In this document: one piece after another, positions 54,112 to 64,000 of the stretch
How positions within the stretch are numbered: position 1 is the first letter of the stretch
How the letters are laid out: each line of letters starts with the position of its first letter
Position numbers and translations under genes: made by a program
Notes under the pieces: generated by a model
The model's input: only the letters and a program-made list of their open reading frames with translations
What the model was told of the DNA's origin: nothing
Databases searched by the model: none
Source of the DNA: Octopus vulgaris
Taxonomy: Eukaryota
Length of the DNA: 64,000 bases
Direction of reading: 5' to 3'
Assembly (NCBI GenBank): GCA_951406725.2
Contig: OX597828.1
Location: 64,046,001-64,110,000 of the forward strand

Positions 54112-56986
54112 GACCGTTTTTTTTTTTTTTTTTTTTTTTTCCGGACACACCACCCACACCCACCCACCCACCTACCTCCCACCCACCTACCTACCTCCCA
54201 CACGCCTGTTCACACACACACATACGTAGACCCATCTACGTACATACATTCACACATTTAATCACACACACTTACAGACACACATGCACATACACACACA
54301 CATACATACACACACGCATACATACTTACACACACACACACACAGACATACATACACACATACACACACACATACATACGCACATACATACACACACACT
54401 CACACACACACACCGCACGTACATACCTCACACACACACACATGCACACATACATGTAGGCACATACATACATACATACCCACACATGCACACCCGTACA
54501 CTGAATGCACACACACATACACCTTTTTGCATCCAGGCAGCCCCCCTCTTTTCTGCTTTCCGGTTTTGGCTGATGGATCCTCGGTTCCCGCGTAGCGGGG
54601 CGTTCGAGGGCCTTTGCGCTCGCGCGCCTTGGCGCGCGCTGGGGCTCGGTCGGCCCCTTTGGGCTTGCGTTGCACTGCTTGTGCGTTGTGTGCGTGAGCG
54701 CGCTTCGTGTGTGTGGGCTTGCTTCGGATGTGCGCTTGCGTATGCTTGCATACATACCCACACACTCGCATGCATCCCTACCCACATACATACACGCACA
54801 CCTACTCACACACACACATACACACACACACACACACACATACACACACATACCCACTTCAGACATACACACACACAGACATACACCCATACACCCACAC
54901 TCACACGCATACACACACACACATACACACGCACACGTACACATACACACACACACACACCCACATACATACATTACACTTGTATACGCACACACTTACA
55001 TTCATACACACACACACCTACACAGCCATACCCTCACTCAGACACACACATCTACCTACACACACACAAACACACACTGACACACACCCATACATAGATA
55101 CATCTACACACTCACGCCTACACACATACATACACACATACATAAACACACACACATACACATACACACACATACGCACACACGCATATACTTATACACA
55201 TGCACACACACACACATACATACACCCATATACATACACACACACATACCTACATACTCCTATACGCACATACATACACACAGACATACACACATACACA
55301 CTCACACAAACATACACACACACATACTTACACACACACTCACCTGCACGCGCACACACATGCATGACAAACACTCATACACTCACACTCACATACGCAC
55401 ACACCAACATAAACACGCACACGCACACACACACCTACACTCCCACACACATACACACGCACCTACATACACACACGCACGCATACACACGCATACACAC
55501 ATACATTACACACGTACACACACACCTACATACACATGCACACACACACACACACAAACATGCACGGACACACCCAGACATACATACATACACCTATATA
55601 CACACGCCTACACACCTACATACACACACATATACACACGCCCACACAGCTACATACACACACATACATACACACATACACGGACACACCCATACATACT
55701 TACATACATACACCTATACACACACGCCTACACACCTACACACACACATGCACACACACACACATGTACGCACATACACACACATATACGCACACACATA
55801 TATACCCACACACATGCACACACACACACATACGCACATACATGCACGCATGCACACGCGCACACCTACACGCATACACACACACACACGCACGTACACA
55901 TACATACATACACACACGCATACATACACCCATACACATACATGCATCCTACACACACATACATACACACTCACACATACATACACACACACGCACTCAC
56001 TCACACACCTGTATGTTCGCGCACACACATGCACATACACACACTTCCCCACACCCACACGTACATACATACACACTCATACACACATACACACACACAC
56101 ACACACGGACATACATCTATGCACACACATATATACACACATACTCACATACATTCATCGGACACACTGCCACCCAGACATACACACAGACACACTCACA
56201 CATCCACACGCACACATACGTACGCGCACACTCGCAGGCTCGCGCACACACGCGTTTGCGCCGGTCCGCGCACGCATGCGCCCGCATGCACCTCGCCCTT
56301 GGACCCGACGAGACCTCCCGCCCGTTCCTGGGATGTCGCTTGTCGTTGGGTTTTCCCACGCCCGTCTCCGCGGGACCACTCTTCCATCTTCCCCTCCGCT
56401 GGAGTCCTTTTCCTAAACCCTCCCCCCTTTTTTTTTTTTTTTTTTTTTCGTTACACACACGCGCACACATACACACACATTGCTTAAACATATACATCAC
56501 TCTTACACACATTCAATCTACTCGCCACTAATACTACCACGACACTGGACACACACACACACTACTACTCAACACACGCTGGCACGCTACATACGCCCCC
56601 ACCCCTTCCCCTCCCTCCCTTCCTCCTTCCTCCCTTTTCTCACTACTGACCTTTGTCTGCTATGCTGCTGCTATGCTGACCACCGTCTCGCCCTACCTCA
56701 CACGCCTACACACAGACGCACACACTAACACATACATATATTTTTTGTTTTTTTACCTCGCCTCACACACACACATACACACACGCACACGCACACACTC
56801 ACACATACACACACATCTGTTGCGTTACCAACCTTGTCTCCACTCTTTTGCCTTTAAAAACCCACTTTGCTCTTGTTATCGTAAACATCCGCCTTTCACC
56901 ATGTGCTACTGCTAACACCAGCCGTTTTTTTCTCTATCTCCGTTGCCCGCTCCGGGATCTTTCTTTCCTCTCTCTTCCTTCTTTAT

Positions 56987-57021
56987 GTTTCCGACGAAGA
57001 GCTCCGCTCGAAACGTCATAC
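56987..57021 (+). ncRNA. Minimal type-I hammerhead ribozyme motif of the PLE terminal repeat
   Basis: gttt-CCGACGA-a-GAGC-tcc-GCTC-GAAA-CG-TC-atac; core variant C4, 4-bp stem II, palindromic ACGT in place of stem III. Confidence 0.6.
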
Positions 57022-57107
57022 CTCCCTGCTTCCATTTCCTGAGCGCCTATTAATAATAATACTGTAATTGTTCCCTTGTTGTTGTTTTTTTGTTTCCCGT
57101 TTGGATT

Positions 57108-57162
<55 letters not shown>

Positions 57163-57431
57163 CTGAGTTACGGGGATGTAACCGAACCAACATTGGTTGT
57201 CAACCAATGAGGAAAAAGTGCTTCATAGATCAGCACACACATTCATACATGTATGTGTGTGTGTATTATTTATAAATATATCATACACATATACACACAT
57301 TCATACAATTTATACCTAAATTTTTTTATGTGCGAAAATGCCTTTGACGGTATCTATGCATGTATGTATAGATAGATAGATAGATGGATACATACGCATG
57401 TGTATATGTATATAAATATATATGCGTACAC

Positions 57432-57479
<48 letters not shown>

Positions 57480-57741
57480 AACGCACATGTACACACAGGT
57501 GTACACACCTACACACGCACGCACATATCTAAGCTCATATCCTATTTAGTAGATCATGTACTGTATATATGATACATAATCAGTAGGTCTTGCCGTGAAG
57601 AAAATGCAGAGATTCAGATCTGCAGGTCTGCGGCAGTTAACAGCGTCAGCACATCCGGTCTGATCCAGCAGAAACATTAAAGAGTGAGACAGAGACTGGC
57701 GTTTATACATGTTATACTGCTGATAGCAGTGCGTTTTTATT

Positions 57742-57875
57742 TGTATGTATGTATGTATGTATGTATGTATGTATGTATGTATGTATGTATGTATGTATGT
57801 ATGTATGCATGTATGTATGTATGTATGTATGTATGTATGTATGTATGTATGTATGTATGTATGTATGTATGTATG
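57742..57875. repeat. (TATG)n microsatellite
   Basis: Direct reading. Confidence 0.95.
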
Positions 57876-58144
57876 TGTGCACATATCTATGTATGTATGT
57901 GTTTCTACATGTATACATGTAAATTTGTATGTATGTGTGTATGTATATTTGTATGTATGCTTGCATATGTATATTTGCACGTGTTTGTTTATATGCATGC
58001 ATATACTATCATGAACAAGGCTATATGTGTTTCTATGTATGTATTTTATGTATGTTTGTGCATATATGCACGTATATAAATACGGACCGCATGCATGTCT
58101 AGCTGTGTGTGTGTGTATATACGTATGTGTATATATATTTGGAA

Positions 58145-59200
58145 GAACAATACTCCGTTGTGGGCGTCAGTTGTAGACTATCCTCAACAGCTGAGGGCAG
58201 AAATATCCTCTGGCCTTGTAGAGAAGGGTCAGGTGGGGGAATGCGGACCAAGCTAAGCTAAGGATGTACTTTCGCCCGACGAAGACCTTGGCGGTAGCAA
58301 GGCCTAGCAATTGGAACACCGATACACTCATTTGAGGAATGAATACAGGTTTTGTATGTCTTCGTTGCGTGTGAATGAGGCACAGTTAGGGAAATTTGGG
58401 GAAGAATAAAAGGATGTGTCATCTGCAAAAAGCTTGCTCCTATACTCAGCAAACTATTTAATCTCTCATCCTCTACGGATATATAATCTGATATTTGGAA
58501 TCCCCTCCCCCCTCCCCTCGGCCTGACCCAGGCAGCTATCGATCTAATGTTCTCACTTCTAACATCTTTAACATAAGAGAGACATTGATGTCTTGAAAGA
58601 AGGAAGGGAATAGAAGACAAAATGTAGCGTTGAGGATCACCAGAGTTAATTGAAAGTAGAGCAGAAAGTGTTCCTGTAAGATATGCCACATTGATAGAAT
58701 CAGATGGGAAGATATCGATCCGAGAGATTAGAGATGGATGGAGCCCGAAGGTAGGAAGTTTTGAAAGGAGATTTGAGTACTGGACGCGAATCAATGGCTT
58801 TGCTGTTGTCTAGAGTTCCATGTAAGCCGCGTTGATAGTCTTCGAGGAGAGAAACTGAACGTTTTGGAGAAGATGATTCTTAATGGCTGTCTTATATTAG
58901 AAGTGAGAACATTAGGTCGATAGTTGCCTGGGTCAGATGATTTTCCTCGCTTGAGGTCATGCTGAGGGGAGGAGGCACCCAAATATCTGAGTATATGTCC
59001 TTAGAGGATGAGAGATTAAATAGTTTGCTGAGTATAAGAGCAAGCTCTGGGGTGTAACTTTTGAGAAGGGATCGGTGATCCTACTCAAAAGTTGCTCTTC
59101 GGGGTTTGTGGAAACGAATGGGATAAATTTGTAGAGGATTAACCAAGGTTTTGTTGTGCAGAGTTAGTGCTTTCATATATTAAGAATGAAAGTTTGGTTT
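58145..59200 (-). mobile_element. Decayed CR1/Jockey-group LINE RT fragment with internal inverted duplication
   Basis: KRGKSSDPGNYRP, LLSKLPTFGLHPSL, INSGDPQ..ILS, FADD (58418-58430), RPTTEYCS-like end. Confidence 0.75.
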
Positions 59201-59289
59201 TTAGGTCTTTCACAAGTTAGAGTCTCATAAAGCCGGAGATTAGCTCGGAATCAATTATTTATAAGCGACTGAGAGTACAATAATCCCCT

Positions 59290-59480
59290 CTGGAGAGCCT
59301 AATTACTAAGTGCTTGGCCTCGTTGTTAAGATGTTGGATGCCAGGTCGTAAGATCGTGATTTCAACTCTGAGGCCCGGCAGTACGTTGTTTACTTAAGCA
59401 AAATACATCGTTTTCTGTTGCTTCAGACCAGCTACAGTACCAACAGCAGCTATGGGTTAACCCGCAAGTGGGGAACAGTC
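59290..59480 (+). mobile_element. Degenerate SINE family C-like copy
   Basis: ttggcctcgttgttaag...gatcgtgatttcaactc...ttaagcaaaatacat. Confidence 0.4.
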
Positions 59481-60371
59481 GTCGCGTTTAACTTGCGTGG
59501 TGGTGGGAGTATCTTAATACCTTATTCTGTTATACACCATAACAACTAGAACGCTGAAATGGTTCTATCAGACCCAAGACTTAAAACTAACAAAAAAAAT
59601 ATCAAAATAAAATAACACAAAATGCATTCCAAAGTTAAACATAAAAACATTAAGTGAGATTTGAACTCGAAACGGTACACATCAGAGGTCAAGAATTCGG
59701 TTAAAGGCTTCGGGAACTGGCAGGAAGAAGAGTGGTTGATATCCTTTGGCCAGAGACCTGAAATGCATTTAAACGTGACAAGGTGTTGGCGGCGGTGGTG
59801 GTTGTCGTTGTACTTGTAGTGGCGTTGGTTGTTGGGGTGGTTACGGTGGTGGTATTGTGGCGATAACAGTTGTAGAGCTAGTGGTGTTGGTTGTGTTAAA
59901 CAAAACGACTTGTAATGTCTAATGTAGTAAGACAGGAATTTATTACCGGAAGTTACATATTTCCTGTGATAGTAACAGATTCAATAAAGCCACACGTGGG
60001 AAGGAATGGATGAGGGAAAAGAAGAGGGAGAAGGAGAGAGCGGAGGAGGAGAAGAAGAAAAAGGTGTGTCGATGTTATGTCAAGTCTTTCCACCTCTCAC
60101 ATCATATACCTACTTGTTACTTGCCGGTTGTGGGTGGTGTTGCTTGCTGTTCACGAGGATGGTGATGATGATCATGATGCTCTCGCTGTTAAGCAATACC
60201 TTGGGAGAAACTATTTAATATTTTATGCTGCGTTGTGTATGCATGTGTGTGTGTATGTATATATATAAAATCAAAATAACAGGATATCAAGTAGTAATAC
60301 AGTACGACCGTTTCAACTTAAGTACATAATTCATCTGAATCTTACTTTATACACATACAAATGCATGTATG

Positions 60372-60423
<52 letters not shown>

Positions 60424-60551
60424 GAGACCTACATATATGTTTGTTTATACATGCATATATATATATATGTATGTAGGCACGTGCGTTTACACATATTTGG
60501 AATTCTTTTTTACACAACCACTTTATCTGAATAAATATTTTGTCCAAATAT

Positions 60552-60586
<35 letters not shown>

Positions 60587-60892
60587 CACACACACACACA
60601 CACTCACACATGCGCACGCACATGCACACACGTATACACACAAACCCATATACGCTGTTATATTAGATAATATTTCTACAGAAGCGACTCAAAGTTATCG
60701 AAGGTATTATTTAGTGAGTCAGCACAAAACCGAGAGCCTGAGTTACTCTCGTGGTTGGCTCAGCCAGCACGAAATTATATACACTCTGCTTTGCATAGAG
60801 AATTCCTTCATCTTCCAGTTTGTAGAATCATCGTCATCACCGTCGTCATTATTATCAGCATCCTTATTATCATCTTAATACATAAGCTCTCG

Positions 60893-61080
60893 AAATCATT
60901 AGCGGTATTTCTTCCGGCGCTTTACGTTCTAAGTTCGAAAAATGTCGAGGTCATCTTTGCCTTTCAACCTTTTGGGATCGATAAAATAAAGTACCAGTCA
61001 TATTCTGGCGTCGGTGTAATCATCTAGTTCCCCTTCACCAAAGTTTAGGTCTCCTGTGCCTTTCATAAGTAGAAAGGATT
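60893..61080 (+). mobile_element. SINE family B copy
   Basis: ttagcggtatttcttccggc...gaggtcatctttgcctttcaacc...ggatcgataaaataaagtaccag...gtagaaaggatt. Confidence 0.75.
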
Positions 61081-61635
61081 ATTATTATTGTTAAAGAAAT
61101 AGCATAGGATCCGACATCGCTTCAAATATTTCAAATTGATTCTTGTCAGGGAATCTCTGATGAGAATTTAATGTTTGAAACGTTTGTCCACGCGTTGGCT
61201 TTTATTTGCGCAATACAGTATCTAACCCGTTGTTAGAATAGTTGAAGTACACCGAGTCCATATATCGGAGCTTCTTAATCTTTGGTTTAGAACCCCCCTC
61301 TCTCCCTTCTATCTCTCTCCACACACACACATATATATACATACCAATAGCTATATATGTATACTTATACATGTAGGCCTGTGTTCTTTTTCACATATCT
61401 CTTAAACATGCAAACGAAATCCCATACGTGTTATGAAACATACTTTAATTGTGTTCAACAACAGCGAACTCTTCAATTACTCCGGTTCTGTGTTGCGTGT
61501 TACTAGGTGCATTCTTTTCCATATCTTAATAATATAATTAACTGCCTGCCTTCCTAGAGTTAACATCGCGGGACACTCTTTAACGGCGGATGATATAAAC
61601 GGAACGACTCCTATGTTTATGTATGTGTATATGCT

Positions 61636-61784
<149 letters not shown>

Positions 61785-62501
61785 ATATATTATATATGTA
61801 TCTATTGATGTGTGTGTTTGCATACATGTATATGTTAGCCTGTGTTTTCTTTAGAAGCTTATCTCCACTGAAGATAACTTTCAATCGACAGTTCCCTGGG
61901 AACATGTAAACACTTATTTCTCTTCCTCTCTCCTCTCTCGATATATATATATGTATATATATATACATGTGTATGTGTGTGTATATTATACGTCAAGATA
62001 CATATATGTATGTGTGTATTAGCAGCGTTGCAACAATGAAATTATTAAAGAAATATTCATATACGAAAAATGGTTGGAACCAATTTTAAAGACTGAAGCA
62101 GATTTTATAAATAGCAAAGGAACTCAAAATATCTTAACGAGAAATCGACGAGACAGGACTGAAAATTGTTGAAGAGGACAGAAATAGAGAAAGAAGAGAA
62201 GGATTAACAGAAGGCAGGATTGAGAGATCAAAATAAATTAAAATGCTTTGAAGATTTATGTAATAGTATGGAAAAGTTTGGAATCTGAAGACAAGTGAGA
62301 AATGCCATTTACGATATCTTTGCACGTTTATGCAGCTTTCACGTAGAAATGGCATGACGGAGATTAATACAGTTCCGACTCCTAACACCAGTATATATAG
62401 ACGATAAGGCGGTTAAACCACGAACCAAATGCATAATTTCACATACTTACATACGTATATACATACATATTTATGTGTGTGCATACATACAAATATACAT
62501 A

Positions 62502-62544
<43 letters not shown>

Positions 62545-62626
62545 CAAATTAATAAATAAAACATATACATATATACATACATATATGTACGTACCTACAT
62601 CTACATGTATATATACATGCATATAT

Positions 62627-63295
62627 GGGTACAGGACACCCAAAAAAAGAAACGTCGAACACAATGAGAAACGAAAACATAAACACAAAACCAAGGAACT
62701 GGACATTTTTCTTAAACAACGAAAAAATAGAGTACAGGACATATAACACAAGGAAAATTCCCCTTCTTCAGTCGCCACCGTTTCATCTACTCCGCGTTTT
62801 GAAGGTGTAGGCGAGACGCGACTTCGGTGAAACGTTCCTTCCCGCAAAAAGCAAATTAAATAAATTTTGAGATTTTTTTGCGGAGGGATAAAATGGTAAC
62901 AAAAACAGGACAGTAACGACAGTACAAAATATAAACAGTAAAAGACAGGACAAGGAGAATAACAGTAACACAGACAAGAAGGGCTGTTAAGCCAAACAAG
63001 ATAAAATATTACGAACGCTATTTTTGAGAACGGCAAAGGAGCCACAGAAAATGCCGTCTACACTTGGGGGAAGCAAGGTCAGAAAAGACAGTAGTTTCCT
63101 CATCGCTGACCAGCGACGGGACAGGGGAGGAGGAGTAAGAGAAAGGGAAGGGGAGAGAAAAAACAGGAATAGTTGTAGAGAAAACCAGAAAGAATGAAGA
63201 ATGAGAGAGAGGGAGGGAGAGACAGTAAGGTAGAAGAAAAGGAAACCAGAAAGAAGGAAGGCTGAGAAAGGGAGGGGGACAGAAAGGTTAAGAGT

Positions 63296-63300
<5 letters not shown>
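62627..63300. repeat. Purine-rich insertion between TA tracts, probable retroelement terminal-repeat fragment (class uncertain)
   Basis: Sharp boundaries in TA-rich repeats; architecture resembles 50925-51228 (A-rich run, ttcntcagtc, ..ttt(c/t)g..). Confidence 0.35.
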
Positions 63301-63361
<61 letters not shown>

Positions 63362-64000
63362 GTGTGTGTGTGTGAGTGCCTTCATCCTTTCCTTTTGTGG
63401 AACATTTTAGCGTATTACTTAAATCTCTGAAATGCATTGTTTGATTTCCTCAATACTGTCGCTTCAAAGACTCTTTCTTTTAATTTGATTGTAGTACGAA
63501 AGGTAAAATCTTCAATATATTCAATTCTCTTTCTGTTCTCTTATATTTCTGTTACTTTACACGTTCTCCAATCTTCCACATTGATTCTTTGTTTCATAAA
63601 TTATCTCTCAAAAAACTCTATCATCGTGTTAAAAAGCAGAACATACTTCAGAACCAAGCGAAACTAAATTAACCCAGAATTGATCACGAGAGTGACACAC
63701 ACGCCAAGTATGTTTTATTGATAATGTTTTATTATTATTATTATTATAGAGCTTCTTCTATTGCATAATCCAAATTTATTCTGCCCACGATTGGTCCTTG
63801 CAAATCAGTGCATAGCTTATACACTATTTGTATAAACTTTGGATTAACGGATTGGATTTTATACATATAACAAGAAGAATGAGCTGCCGGCAGACGAAAA
63901 TTAGTTTAGAAAAATGCAAAAGGCAACATAGGATAACAACAACACGAAAGCACTTTTCTGTCTGCGATACTCAACTTACCCAGAAAAACCTCAATACTAT

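Larger units (their letters stand above)
53563..57110 (+). mobile_element. 5'-truncated Penelope-like retroelement (C-terminal GIY-YIG, Neptune-type architecture) with long CA-rich 3' region
   Basis: GIY-YIG ORF end at the 5' side, hammerhead-bearing terminal repeat at the 3' side, uniform C-rich/G-poor sense strand, (TA)n on both flanks; continuity across the CA tract is inferred. Confidence 0.75.

Noticed and set aside
54707-56416. 569-aa His/Thr/Tyr-rich ORF and overlapping long ORFs
   Set aside because: CA-rich sequence lacks stop codons by composition; open in several frames with no domain signal.

Overview
AT-rich, microsatellite-saturated eukaryotic non-coding DNA (intron or intergenic). 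I can support no host protein-coding exon, rRNA, true tRNA gene or CRISPR array. The repeat content (CORE-type, V-domain and other tRNA-derived SINEs, R4/Dong-like and CR1-group LINEs, Penelope-like elements, dense (TA)n/(CA)n/(GA)n tracts) resembles an octopod cephalopod genome; that assignment is my inference. Almost all ORFs in the supplied track are microsatellite artefacts. Real coding remnants are all transposon-derived: a Penelope-like GIY-YIG endonuclease end (53563-54111), a Helitron PIF1 helicase fragment (46140-46505), a Tc1 transposase fragment inside TIRs (51727-52639), a ~3 kb decayed CR1-group LINE (42720-45780) and R4/Dong, RTE and CR1 scraps. The most unusual signal is in the ~3 kb CA-rich tail of the Penelope-like element. 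It holds two sharply A-depleted, G-U-rich structured islands that look like A-to-G converted versions of the surrounding sequence (possible retro-copied ADAR hyper-editing), followed by a minimal hammerhead ribozyme motif. The window also repeatedly shows fold-back palindromes centred on (TA)n and short inverted templated duplications. All coordinates and counts were read by eye; no searches were run.
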